DNA of 64,000 bases, taken from assembly GCA_030141605.1 (NCBI GenBank), contig JAQGDQ010000291.1, forward strand, positions 230,618 through 294,617, read 5' to 3'. Numbering within the stretch: the first letter of the stretch is position 1; the number at the start of each line of letters is the position of its first letter. The translations under genes were made by a program, and so were the position numbers. Below are positions 27,601 through 38,780 of this stretch, piece after piece. The notes under the pieces were generated by a model. The model was not told the origin of the DNA, did no database searches, and saw only the letters and a list, made by a program, of their open reading frames with translations. This DNA is from Tubiluchus corallicola. Taxonomy: Eukaryota; Animalia; Priapulida.

Positions 27601-27912
27601 CAATGGTTGTTTGCTTATAGTGTGAATTGACAATGAATGAGTATGAAAATAGTTGTAAATTTTTGTATTCTTAACTTTTCTCTGCACTATTCAAGAATAA
27701 GGCACCCCAAATCTAAAAGAATTTATCACTTCTGTTGCCGTTTTTTGTACAGGTTTGCGAGTTCAAAATCAGGGAAGATCTACCTACACACAGATATACG
27801 GATGTTGTTTTCACGTACTCTGTCATCCGATGTTGATGCCAACATGCCCATGTATGAGCTGCGATCTTTCACAGAAATGCCGGTCAATCCGCGATTCTCT
27901 CCTCGCAGGTGA
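9444..27912 (+). CDS. ATOSA: Atos homolog / FAM214-family protein, multi-exon gene (about 1182 aa from ATG 9455; about 1200 aa if the candidate exon 1746-1788 is used)
   Basis: Phase-compatible GT-AG exons: 9444-9631, 15509-15705, 16243-16368, 17088-17299, 18004-19964, 21024-21161, 22937-23007, 24624-24744, 25629-25787, 25959-26018, 26974-27140, 27753-27912 (TGA). The translation has FAM214A hallmarks: LPVMIEVFLYPDC, LLEQW, RSYLYFSQLSAW, SLLGNFEESVLNGR, GFTAEIGASGSFCP, GYRVPNKGTIQVTLFNPNKTVVKMFVVMYDL, FLRQRT, LIHLRF, GKIYLH. Confidence 0.93.
10505..11020 (+). mobile_element. MITE family A, copy 2 (degenerate ends)
   Basis: TTAA|AAGAAGGGACTAGTC ... GGTCGTTCCT; shared core cattcacttgaaaa-tgacgtaactg and tgacgtcattggtggaag. 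Confidence 0.75.
11183..12450. repeat. 54-55-bp minisatellite, about 22 copies
   Basis: ggagaacttaatggactaacccttgacacactagctgctttactgtacccccct. Confidence 0.95.
13121..14499. repeat. 69-bp minisatellite, about 20 copies
   Basis: aagaaattatctagaaggaaagtgaaattgtgttcgcttacatatacaaaattagcttcattaagtaca. Confidence 0.95.
15509..15705 (+). CDS. ATOSA: Atos exon (CNRASRLR...LPVMIEVFLYPDC...LLEQW)
   Basis: ttgcag| acceptor, AG|gtttgt donor. Confidence 0.9.
16243..16368 (+). CDS. ATOSA: Atos exon (LLQAARSYLYFSQLSAWW)
   Basis: ttttag| acceptor, AG|gtaaaa donor; not in the ORF track. Confidence 0.9.
16622..16789. repeat. (AGTC)n microsatellite
   Basis: direct reading. Confidence 0.95.
17088..17299 (+). 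CDS. ATOSA: Atos exon (HTFPSPSVSKSLAMKITVQ)
   Basis: tgtag| acceptor, G|gtaaga donor. Confidence 0.88.
18004..19964 (+). CDS. ATOSA: Atos large central exon, Ser-rich and probably disordered
   Basis: 1961-nt open exon; ttttcag| acceptor, GAG|gtatgt donor; phases fit both neighbours. Confidence 0.9.
20001..20871. repeat. 28-bp minisatellite, about 31 copies
   Basis: tgaaggtgtataaatgtctcattaggcc. Confidence 0.95.
21024..21161 (+). CDS. ATOSA: Atos exon (FRRSLDSAASMIFNRKTNLPSSSSP)
   Basis: tttttacag| acceptor, CCG|gtgagt donor. Confidence 0.88.
21445..21993. mobile_element. Second TTAA-flanked Kolobok/T2-like MITE (family B)
   Basis: TTAA|AGGAAAACCGGATGA ... TCGTCCGGTCTTTCT|TTAA (12/15 TIR match); interior differs from family A. 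Confidence 0.6.
22937..23007 (+). CDS. ATOSA: Atos exon (APLRRGNSAFEFDP)
   Basis: tttttcag| acceptor, TA|gtaagt donor; supplies the needed phase 0 to phase 2 bridge. Confidence 0.85.
23887..24603. repeat. About 57-bp minisatellite, about 12-13 copies
   Basis: acaatgactaacttgtgtttttcacacatatgattgttctacacaatgcctagttac. Confidence 0.93.
24624..24744 (+). CDS. ATOSA: Atos exon (LSTSAPASSSSSLLGNFE)
   Basis: ttttttcag| acceptor, GAG|gtaatt donor. Confidence 0.9.
25629..25787 (+). CDS. ATOSA: Atos exon, conserved DUF4210-type region (ESVLNGR...GASGSFCP...PSPYL)
   Basis: tttttcag| acceptor, TTG|gtatgt donor. Confidence 0.93.
25959..26018 (+). CDS. ATOSA: Atos exon (GHINLGKKGYRVPNKGTIQV)
   Basis: ttttag| acceptor, GTG|gtaagt donor. 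Confidence 0.92.
26028..26295 (-). mobile_element. tRNA-derived SINE with a Meta/MESC-like central domain and a (TTA)n tail
   Basis: Minus strand: A-box-like TAGTCTAATGGT, B-box GTTCGAACC, then GGTCATACCAAAGACTTTTAAAACGGTACC-TGC; (AAT)n on the plus strand at 26028-26049. Confidence 0.7.
26974..27140 (+). CDS. ATOSA: Atos exon (TLFNPNKTVVKMFVVMYDL...FLIHLR)
   Basis: ctttcag| acceptor, AG|gtaacc donor. Confidence 0.93.
27753..27912 (+). CDS. ATOSA: Atos last coding exon (FASSKSGKIYLHTDIRMLF...PRFSPRR*)
   Basis: tgtacag| acceptor; TGA at 27910-27912. Confidence 0.93.
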
Positions 27913-30089
27913 TGTCACTACTCTTGATAGCATATGAGCGTCAGAAATCTGGGATACAACGATCATAAGAAAAAGACGTAGGAACGAGTTTTGATGTTCA
28001 TTCGAGAGCTTGAAAAAAATAATCTATTTATTTTAATGGTTACTCTTTCAATTCAAACTTTTCAACTTGATGAAAAGAAACGTTAAAAAGTTCAAATTAG
28101 TAAATGAACTTGATGGTGTTAGCCTGTTCGCTGTGCTTTCAAATGCACAATCTCCAGAAAAACATCCATATGGTACTGCACTGTACAACTGAATGCACGC
28201 AGTACATTTACACTTTGCAGTTTTCTGATTCTGATAATTACAAATTCTGTATTCGCAATTTTATCTCTTAATAACAAGCAAAAACACGAAGAGAAAATTT
28301 ATTTTAGCTTATGTGTAAGTTTGCATGCTGCCGTTGTTCGACTTAGTGTTTTAGCACTAGATTTTGTTATACAGTTTTGGTTTATGTGAAAGTCATGGAT
28401 GTACCCGTTTGATTGTAGGAATGTCTCGTGCGTTTTATTATAAAGAGATATTGGCTAAAGTGTGCAGACTGCAGTTGACATACTGCCAAAATCTCATGTT
28501 TATCGATTTTTGACGTAGAACAAAAGCTATGTATGCGTAGTACATTTAAATTTGTTAAACAAAGTAATATACTTATTTTGGCACTTAGTAGTTTAGGAGT
28601 ATATTTGACGAATCTTCTCACTTTGGAGAATGAAACTCCCCCCCCCCCCGATTTTGAATTACTTCCAGTGGAAGTTCAACTAACTTGCTGAAATGAGGAA
28701 TTCTTGTCAAGTGAAGAGCATCCAAGATCTGTTATAATCAAAATAGGTGTTAACAGAGTGTCAGACTTTAAGTGGTTGTACTTCTCGTTGACTTTAACAT
28801 ATAATTATATGTTTTGTTGATTTTTAATGACATTACTTTAGCTTTGTTAAATGATAAGCGAAAATAATAAACGAATCCCTGAGACGTGGCGGTTTAATCG
28901 GCTGGTTTATTTAGTAAAATCTATAAACAAACAGAAATTATATAATTAATTTAACGATTACGTGGAATAAGAAATATTCCACAATCAAGAAACTGAGGAA
29001 AAGAAAGTTGTCACCCTTTTTAAACGCATGACTTTCTTTTCTTTGTTTTTAAATTTTGGGATATTTTGTTCCTCTAAACTTTTCTTGTCGCTAAGAATTG
29101 CAAGTAACACATTTAGGTTTGTATTGTATGGATAGTAATTGTTGTTACGGTTCAAGTGTTTTGGTAATTGGTTTGTGTACTGCTGTGTAGGGCATGGCAT
29201 ACGCCTTATCCGGATAGATTAATATTGTTAACATCAGCATTTAAGAGTCTGCAAGATATGAAAATCAGAAATGTTCAGTTAGAATGAGTTGAAATGAGAC
29301 TTGCTAAGTCCAAGCAAGGTTGTTGTAAGATTTCGTGTCAGAAAGTTTCAGTCGACATACGGATAGTTGGGAAGTGATTTTTGCGGGACAGTTCCGTCAA
29401 TCAGAACGAATTCCACAAGTTTCGTTGATTTTCTTAATTTGGCGATTTTTAACGGAGTGAATGTTGTTCACCTCACTCTGAACTTGCCCTGCTAAAATCA
29501 CTCAGGATAATTTTGTTCAACTCTGATAGCATTCTTCAAATGCAAACATTTATTTGTCTACACGATGACAACGTTAGACGTGGCAATTTTCCGCAGCTCT
29601 TAATATTGTGTTAATGATACAGAAATGTTGCAAACTCTTTTCTGTTTTATGCAAAATTTATTAATTAATGTAACTTGTACTGAGTAATTAGGATGAAAGC
29701 TTAGTTAAAATGTTTAACCTGTTTTTGAATTTACTGTTAATTAGTTTTATTTTTATGTAAACGTAGTCTCCTTGATCAGAGGGTTATTATTACTTGTTTT
29801 GGTATTGAGCTGTTTGAGTGCTGAACTAAACAAGTCATTTTTCTTTAGTTTGTTTTTCAGAATGATCGTTCAGATTGTTATTGTCCTGGAAATTTTATCG
29901 TTTATTTTGTATTTATTATAATATAAATTGTTGCACGTCATATTACTATAATATGTGTTAGTAGAGAAAGTAGAAAGTCGAATATATAAATGATGGATGA
30001 CGCTATAGCAAGTTTGACCTTGAGATTGTCCGAAGATGGGAAAAGTCAATCAATTGTGCACGATACACTAGCAGTCAGTTTTCACTATA

Positions 30090-30509
30090 CACTATACTTC
30101 AGGTATAAGGTACTCGCTTATAAAGGGGCACCAACACCACCTGTCGCGATTTTTCGTAACGTTTTTCCTATGTAAAAATGTTCGTATATAAGGGACGATG
30201 TCTTTAGGTAATAGAAACCGAGGTAGATTACCTCGCATACAAGGGACCCTATGATCAAAGCGAAATTGATCGGTTTTAAACTTCAATTTTTCGCAAACTC
30301 GGCCTTCGAACAGTTCGGTTTGCGTGGTCGCATATGTTTTGCATCAGTGAAGGGGCTCCCTACATACCGTTTGCAATGAATGCGTAGCAATCCATAAAAA
30401 TATGGGTCAGATACACCCTCGGTCTGACTCACCTTCCGCTATAAGGGACATCGGGTATAAGAGACGGTTTTTTCCGGTCCCGAGGTGTCCCTTATATCCG
30501 AGGTTGATT
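30090..30509. mobile_element. Probable Tc1/mariner-pogo-like MITE between the converging Atos and HDHD2 genes
   Basis: Right end GTCCCTTATATCCGAGGTTGATTG, internal repeats of ATAAGGGAC, degenerate left end. Confidence 0.45.
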
Positions 30510-31415
30510 GTTTTCCCTTGTGCAAATGATATTACTGTTGCGACTGCTGTTCAGTTTAGGGTGGTAAGTTTGATGTTCAGCCACAGTAACTGCTGTTTGC
30601 ACGTACCAGGCACAAGAAATGAAACAAATTTTCAAAAGCATTTTGCAGTTGTGACGACTAAACAGTTATTGACTTTTCCTCCAGTTGGCGTGTTCAGACA
30701 TGAAGGATTATAAATAAACTTTGTAAAAGGACAATTTTGATTTCTGAATTTTTCTCTCCTCTCTCTTAACAAGCTGCTAGGTAAACGAGTAACATAAGTA
30801 CTGCTTAGTACTTTGTACTGTACATAATAGCTCAGATTACTGATTATTTGTAGTGCATAATTAACCTGTTGTACAAATTACTGTTTCCAAAACCAGTGAT
30901 ACAGTTTTGCAGTACATTTACTCTCTATGCTGAAATATAATCGCAACTCATAAAAGTTAATGATTCGAGCCAGTACCTTGTAACAACAACTCAGGGGGAA
31001 TGCATGATGCTGATATAAATGTGACTAGGACTAGAAACATTAACGTAGCAATGCACATAAGGTAACAATGCACACGATAAAGCAATGTTTGACCTTATTT
31101 ACTTGATAGATGCGTGACAAGTATAATCATCGTATACATTAATTTTGTCCATGTAAGTTTAATCTAATCCTCAAGTCATGCAAGTGACTTGCACTGGTGG
31201 GGTAGTTATAATAAAAAATATTTGTGACTGTGTACTTTATTTAGGCACTTTGTTAACAGCATTCAAAGCATTAATAACTGATCTCTTGACAAACATCATT
31301 TATTCTTCACCAGCTTTGCTAGTGGTACTAAAATCAGTAATAGTTAACAATTTTACCTAGGATACGCATACATGTACATTTAAACTACCAGACCATTCTC
31401 ACACAGAAGAATTTG

Positions 31416-31519
31416 TCACAACAAATTTTCAATGATGTGTTCTACAGCTGCTGGAAAATCATCGCACGTCAGATGTGGAGGTGGATCAATTTTGTCTTCG
31501 TCTCCGGCTCGATATTTTC
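31416..31519 (-). CDS. HDHD2: HDHD2 last coding exon
   Basis: [34 protein letters not shown]. Confidence 0.92.
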
Positions 31520-34500
31520 CTATGAAACATTAAATAAAAGAAGTTGGAAGCTAATCAATATTTAAAAAATCCAAATCTGTGTACCAAACTGTAATTAGCA
31601 AAGCAAAACGCATATTAGCACAGCGTACGCATCAATAAATTCAACAAAAAACTAAGACTAAAGGCCTAAAATGGGAATAAATGGATTGATTGATGCGCCA
31701 TGACAAAGATAACCAGTTCTAAAACTAATAATGCAGTTATTTATGACGTGTTTAGAGATGTGATTCACGGAACTTGGAAATCACATTAGTGTGTGAGTTC
31801 TGTTTAACATCAGCAAAATCAAATGAATGGTGTTCAAGGGTTTATGGAAACCTAGAAAGAGGGATGTTGCAGGAATGGGTTCCACAGAAGATGAGATAAA
31901 AAGTCCTGGGCAGATATTGTCGTGTGCGATTGTGAAGAAGTGTTACACAGATGTGAAGATACAAAACCAAAGATGCAAGAGAAGTACAAAGCAGATGCAA
32001 GAAATTATTCAAATGTCATCTGCTGCCTCAAAATCTTCCAAGTTATAGTGCAATAAGAAACCGTTTTTTAGAACCAGAATCAGGTTTTTATTAAAATGGG
32101 ATGGTCCAGCTAGACGCACAATGAAAAGGTGTAGTGTCCACTGGTCACAGCTTAAGTTGTTCATTTGAAGTGTCAAATTTTAAAAAGAAATTTACACTGT
32201 TTAACAAACAGTTACACTGCAGCTGTGTTTCACTATCAGGATGTTATAAAAAGAGGTGAATATGAAGGATCCTGAAAACAGCCAGAAAATATTTACTAAC
32301 TTTCTAAGCCATTAATTGCACACAAATCACTACATGAATTTCATTCATTCATTTCACCAACGTCACATAAACTATAATTAGTGAAATAACTTAAAAGTTG
32401 TACCTGTTCTAACAAGAATTCCGAGCATACCACAAGCTTGTGCTCCTCCGATGTCATCTCTCACATCCTGTACAAAAACATCCAAGTGTTTAAATATAAT
32501 GAACAGCGTGCGAGAAATCAAACCTTTTAATCTTTTACTTTATAGTATGTTACGAAACAGTTCAACTTTATAGTATGTTAAGAAACACTTCAACTTTGTA
32601 GTATGTTAAGAAACAGTTCAACTTTATAGTATGTTAAGAAACAGTTCAACTTTGTAGTATGTTAAGAAACAGTTCAACTTTATAGTATGTTAAGAAACAG
32701 TTCAACTTTATAGTATGTTAAGAAACAGTTCAACTTTATAGTGTGTTACGAAACAGTTCAACTTTATAGTGTGTTGCGAAACAGTTCAACTTTATAGTGT
32801 GTTACGAAACAGTTCAACTTTATAGTGTGTTACGAAACAGTTCAACTTTATAGTGTGTTACGAAACAGTTCAACTTTATAGTGTGTTACGAAACAGTTCA
32901 ACTTTATAGTGTTATGAAACAGTTCAACTTGATAGTATGTGAAGAAACAGTGCAACTTTATAGCATGTTAAGAAACAGTGCAACATGTTTCTCTAAAAAT
33001 GGTGGCCAACTTGACCAAATTGTAACCTTTTTAAACTTTAGTTAAAGGTGATCATCAACATGTGAATACCTAGTGCCTTACACGACATAATAATTTGTTC
33101 ACCAAATGACCATTTTGTTAATCTAAGAGCAAATAAATTAATATTTACCACACAACAGAGCTTACGGGCTTGCTAAACACAATGCCACATTTATTTGCAC
33201 AGGCAATGATTTAATCATCACGTCAGCCACAGCGGGCTTACAAAAATGAAATACCACGAGTACTTGACAGTTTCCAATCAAAAATCATTTGCCAATTTTG
33301 TTGTTAAACTGAATGGGACAGTTTGGCAGAATACTGACAGACAGATGAAAATCAGCTCTGGCAGTTGGTAGATTAGGTTATAATTGTGGCTTTTTGCTAA
33401 ACTAGAAAAACTGATGGTGTTAATAAAAAAAACTTATGTACAACATACATTGTTCAATACTTACATCACCAATCATAACCGTCTCGTGCAAATCACAGCC
33501 CAGCTCTTGTACTGCTTGTGTGAAGAAGTTAGCTTCTGGTTTGCCTAACACCAAAGCTTTTATGCCTGTTGCATATTCTAAACCCTGCACAAATGGACCC
33601 GGACCTAAGTACAACCCATCTTTCTTCCGTAAATATCGAGCTTTATGGATGCCAATGAACGTGGCGCCATCTAGAATCAACCTGAAATACACAGAATAGA
33701 CTCACCCAACGCCTATTTAGCAAGGTGCGACAAAAATAGGTGAAACACAATTTACACTCTATGTTGTGAATGCGCTAAACTTTCTTGACTATAATGCACA
33801 GTAATTTCAATAAAATTGTCATCCTTTAAGTCAATTAAAGGAAAGGATAAGTCACTTAGCATGTTGGGTTTATTTCACTGCTATCACTTAAACTTACAAG
33901 ATGGTAACAAAAACATTTCTATAGAACATAAAGCTAATTTATACTACTACTATACAGAAATTTTCAGACGCAATTGTTGGCGCCACTCACTTGAAAATTA
34001 TGACGTAACTGATGACTTTTTGTAAACTCGCACTGGTTAAAATAATTCAAACTTCTGCACTTTATCTAGTATTCATGCAGAAATGTCACAAAAACTCCTT
34101 ATACCTTTGACACAAATTGATAGTCTAATGCAGTTCTTCAATTGACGGATGACATCATTGGTGGAAAAACAGACGTTCAAAATGACGGATGACGTCATTT
34201 GTGGAAAAATAGATGTTCAAAATGACGGATGACGTCATTGGTGGAAAAATAGATATTCAAAATGACGGATGACGTCATTGGTGGAAAAATAGACGTTCAA
34301 AATGGAAGTGCCTGTTGCAGATGCGAGCATTTAATTTACAGTTTATTATTAATTTTTATTTGTAGTTTCAAATAGTTTTCATTACCATAAAGTCAGTGCT
34401 GACATCAATATATGTATGTACTTGCTACTGCTATATGTTTGTATGTAACTGGGTCACTTGGCTTCTCTGTGAGTGTAGCAGTTTTTCACACTTGGTAGCA

Positions 34501-36874
34501 ACATTAGAGGACAGGCAATAGGCTTAAACAGTGGTGTGGTTATAATAACGTTTTGACTCAGGTGCCATGATTTATTGGCTGATGGATTTACTTAACTTTT
34601 GTTTACTACTGTTGATTATGTATACCATTTTCGTGTATATGTGGACTGACTATGAGACTATGATTTTGAGTAAAATTCAGATCACAATGTTAAACCATGT
34701 TTTCACCCAGTGATTTCCTCTGTTTAACACGAACATCGCAACTAGAAAAACAGTCTGATAAACCTGCCAATGTTGGTTGTTGGCTCTCCTCAAATACCCC
34801 AGCGACAACTTTAGCGTCACGACAGTGCCTAAGTGTGAAATGATTGCTACTTTAAAATGATTTGACTAATCACACGAGGAGCATGTCACACTTTTATTAC
34901 CAAATTCTATTAACATATTTCGCGAATATTGAAATAAGCGTAACTTTCCAGGGGGCTTGGCCTCCAAGGTAAATATTCACTACATGTTGCTTAACTACCA
35001 AATCTGCTTTGAAACCAATGTTAGTGATGTTACAATAAAGTTTAACTAATGAGTTTACCTGAAAGCTTCATTCAAAGTAGCATAGTGAAAGTGATTTGGC
35101 GCCAAACCAATAATAACAGCATTTGGATTAGATGTGTCTACACCTAGAAAGACAGAATGTAAAGTAGAAAATCAATGCAAGGAAACAGACGTGGTTTTAT
35201 GCCTTTTTATAAAGTTCAGCAGACTGCAAGCTAATGGCATAATCCACTCAATATTTATGTTTGTGACAAGACTGGAACCTGGAACAGCATCAAGGATAAC
35301 CTTCTAAAGAGAGGGATGAGATGCTGAACTAGTCACATCCTCACCTTCCCTCACTGTGACAAATGGCCAGAATCGGCATGTTGATAATGTCGTCAATCTA
35401 TTCACCGATGTTTCTCATCATTGCTTAACGTCAGCCGCAAAGCACATGGTATACCCCACTTGCATATTCAGCTTTGGCATTTTCAAGTTATTAGGTAACA
35501 TACAGCAAGAACATGTTTCTTTTCATTTTTATGCAGAAAATTTCATTCCATGGGACCACGCAGATCAGCAAAGAACAGAATTAAAACATCTAGAAATTAT
35601 GCACTACCCGATTAAACAAATAAATTAATTAAGGCAACATATAATTGATTACTACAAAGTTAAAAAACACTTACATCTTTAGCAAAATTAACTGCATTAT
35701 TAAAAATCTGATTTACTTTTCAATTATACCTTCAAAATCCTCCAAAGCTTCTTTTTCTAACAGTAAAAAGGGCCTTAGCTGCATCTCATCAGTCACCTTC
35801 CGAGCAGCAACGAGTGACGTAAAGATTTCATCTTTTGATATGCCAAACCCAAGCTTTTGCAGCCGGTTGTACAAAAAATTCTTTGACTCTTTCGTTGTAT
35901 TAGTGACAAATTTGAGCGGTAAATGTCTTTCCCTTAAACTACAAACAACCAAATCATAATTCAAAATGACTGCTTTTAAGTTCCTTGCATGAAGCAGATA
36001 TCGCGCAGGCACAAAAAGTACTGCTTTAAAGAGCTGAAGAGCTATTTATAAACTGTGCTTGCAAACCAAAACCGTACACAAATCAGCATAATTAAAACTG
36101 TAGGCTTATGAGTGCTTCAAAGTAGAATGCACCAAAAATTTGGTCAAATGTCATTTTTTTGTTGTTTATAAAAACAAACACTAAATATATTGGACTTTTA
36201 TATTATAGCGTCAAATTATTAAGAAAATGTCCAAAAAATACTAAAAATCTTTCTAACCCTGCACCCGCTTTTCTGGCTAGAATATAATGCTGCAATTGTA
36301 AAAAAACTCCTATTTTCAAACTGCGATTGTAGCTCGTGGAATCAGTCACTTTGCTTTGGGTTTTTTCTGCTGACAAGCCCAATCCTATCTCAGGAAGAAC
36401 CATCTACCGGATCTAAACATAACTTCAATGTTTAGAAGGCTTCAACGAAAGTGTGAAAAGGCTTATTTAGATAAGTTAAACGTAACTTCTTAAGGATGGA
36501 TTTAAATTAATTTGCATACAGGCCCACTGGGTAAGCACCCATTATAATAAGCGGTGTAATTAGGTTTCCTGTTCAGTAAAGTTTATAAAAGAAAAAGCAA
36601 AATTTAATTAGTTTGTAGGTGAAAAATCACAATGAAGATTTAAAACCATTAAGTAACAGAGGCTTTTTTCAGAGCTACACGCATGGTGTTAACCAAATCG
36701 TGACATTAACTTAAAACAACACTTCAAATGCAGAAAATTCCTAAAGATTAAATATATAAATGACCGTTGTAGGGCATTTACTGCACCGGGAATACTGTAG
36801 TCATCTATATGTATAGTCCCGCTCAAATCTATTAAAACTGCCCCGATTTTGTATTTTCTGCATGACGCTGCCAT
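31416..36874 (-). CDS. HDHD2: Haloacid dehalogenase-like hydrolase domain-containing protein 2 (HAD class IIA), 6 coding exons, 262 aa
   Basis: Exons 36874-36765, 35938-35730, 35143-35059, 33681-33465, 32467-32404, 31519-31416 total 789 nt in frame. Motifs: [75 protein letters not shown]. Confidence 0.95.
32404..32467 (-). CDS. HDHD2: HDHD2 coding exon 5
   Basis: [21 protein letters not shown]; tacag| acceptor, G|gtacaa donor. Confidence 0.92.
32537..32985. repeat. 28-bp minisatellite, about 16 copies
   Basis: actttatagtatgttaagaaacagttca. Confidence 0.93.
33465..33681 (-). CDS. HDHD2: HDHD2 coding exon 4
   Basis: IHKARY...GPGPFV...GKP...MIGD; tttcag| acceptor, GAT|gtaagt donor. Confidence 0.93.
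33839..34963 (+). mobile_element. MITE family A, copy 3, interrupted by a solo LTR and an internal 40-bp x4 tandem
   Basis: TTAA|AGGAAAGGATAAGTC start; family homology stops at 34312 and resumes at 34825. Confidence 0.75.
34313..34824 (-). mobile_element. Solo LTR (512 bp) inserted in MITE copy 3
   Basis: TGTTG...CGACA termini, 5-bp TSD GTGCC at 34308-34312 and 34825-34829; AATAAA near the minus-strand 3' end. Confidence 0.75.
35059..35143 (-). CDS. HDHD2: HDHD2 coding exon 3
   Basis: [28 protein letters not shown]; ttctag| acceptor, AG|gtaaac donor. Confidence 0.92.
35730..35938 (-). CDS. HDHD2: HDHD2 coding exon 2
   Basis: FVTNTTKES; tgtag| acceptor, G|gtataa donor. Confidence 0.92.
36765..36874 (-). 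CDS. HDHD2: HDHD2 coding exon 1
   Basis: ATG at 36874; DLSGT motif I; weak donor CG|gtcatt. Confidence 0.9.
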
Positions 36875-37799
36875 ACTTGTAAAAATTTTGAATCTGTAAT
36901 TAAACGTTCACTCTGTAAGTTGACGCATCTAAAATGAGTACGGAATTACGATAAGCACAGCGACTGCTCTATTCCGTTGACTCTTGTTCTCGTGTCCGGC
37001 ACAGACAATCAACTTTTGACTAAAAGACAGTGAGTTAGATGCCTGGAAATAATTCAGAAAGTATACTGGATCCAAAATCTTACAATTCAAATTTGAAATC
37101 CAAAAATTATGAAAAATCCTGTTCGATATGAATTCGAGTCTGTTCTTCGAATTTTGCAACTTGTTTGAACACTTCTGCTGACATTTTTGATGTTCGATAA
37201 CTACAATAGCAGACGTTGAATGCGTCGTGTCATCTTTGCTATTATTTGCCACAATATCATCAATTCCTTGAATAGTCTACAATGCATAATATCTACACTA
37301 CATATTAACAACAATATGCTAGAATTCATACAATGAATACTAGTGCATTATTTTATTATTAACTTACTTCCAACTAAAATTGACTGAACACCTGAATTGT
37401 CTCCTGACTTCACACAAATCTACAGACAGACAACCCAAACCATAACTGGAATTGCCCAAGTTTTATAACTTAAGGCCTATATCCATAATTTTAAAATACG
37501 AGAATTAAACTAATGCTTAATTCGAATGACTAACTAATGTAAGTCTCGTGTGAGTAAATTTTGAAATTCTTGTATCTATCACCTTCAATTAAATTTTCAA
37601 GACGTCCTTTATAATGTATTAGTGTTATTTTAGGTTCTGATAATCATGCACAATGATTTACAGCAATGACTATTTTATTTATTGGTGTATGTCTGGTAAT
37701 GTTGACTTCTCTATAACTTTGCCATAGCTTATCCAAAGCACCAGCAAAGGTAGGAAAGTTGGGCGAGGAACTGGCCATTGCCTTTTTCAACTACAGGAG

Positions 37800-38780
37800 C
37801 CAGATCAACCCCTTGTAAAAAGTTATCTGGCTACACGCCATCTCACCTAATTATCGGTGTCAGGCCAGCTACCTCTCATCGGTCCGCTAAGTTGCCCTGA
37901 CAATTTTAGGATCTCTAGTTCACCACCCAAGCAAGATAATTATACCATCAGGTAATGTTGAAGCCGCCAACCACTTTAGAGTCTTCACTGACAGTCTTGG
38001 GATGCAATGGTAGCAGTTCAATCCCGGCAGTAATGGAGACCTTATGAGCCTTCCATGTTTGTTGGTATCCCAGAATCTCTGGCACTTCTCTCGACTTCAT
38101 TCAATGTTGCTGCCAAGCCTTTCTTCTGAACCACTAACAAGAGTACACGGAACTGATCCATGTGATCAAACTTCTTTGGCCAAATGGATTACAAGTGATG
38201 CTGGAATCTGGCGTTAGAATTTTACATGAATGACACCAGGGCAGCTTTTGGGAACTTTAAACCTTTCTGTTAGTTTGCCACTCCACTCAGTTTTCCCCAT
38301 CCTCTCCCATGCCAGGCTTGTCAGCTCTTTGCCAATGCTCAAGAGGTTTCCCTCAGATGCAAGCACTACTTTGTGGCACTTAACAAACAACTTCCTCTAT
38401 TCCCTGATAGCCTTATGCAGTTTGACATCTGCACAGAGTCTCTTTCTCCAGATGAATTAGCTTGCCATTTACACACTCCCTCGGTTCAGGCTCACGGCAT
38501 GGATGGCATAACCTCTGAAAAGCTGAAGGACGATTCCAAAACTGCCTCACTCTGGCTTTCTCACTTCTATAAATTATTTTTACTCCAACGGCTGGGAGAA
38601 TATTTCAGGGAAAACCCTTCTAGTCATTTGGAAAATGGCTGTCCTCTGTATTCCTCTTCTGCAACTAGTGATCACCGTGTGAAGTCCTCTCTTCGACCAC
38701 ATAGTAACTATCTCGGTCAAAAAAGTCCCTTTTGCTGCCCTTCCTGTGGCGGGGAACGAAGTGGTCTCGTCTCATGAACG
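37800..38780 (+). mobile_element. Degenerate non-LTR retrotransposon (RTE/CR1-like) ORF2 fragment
   Basis: AHGMDGITSEKLK...WLSHFYK resembles the KAPGPDGIxxELLK...WL motif preceding LINE RT domains; frames are broken and boundaries approximate. Confidence 0.45.
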
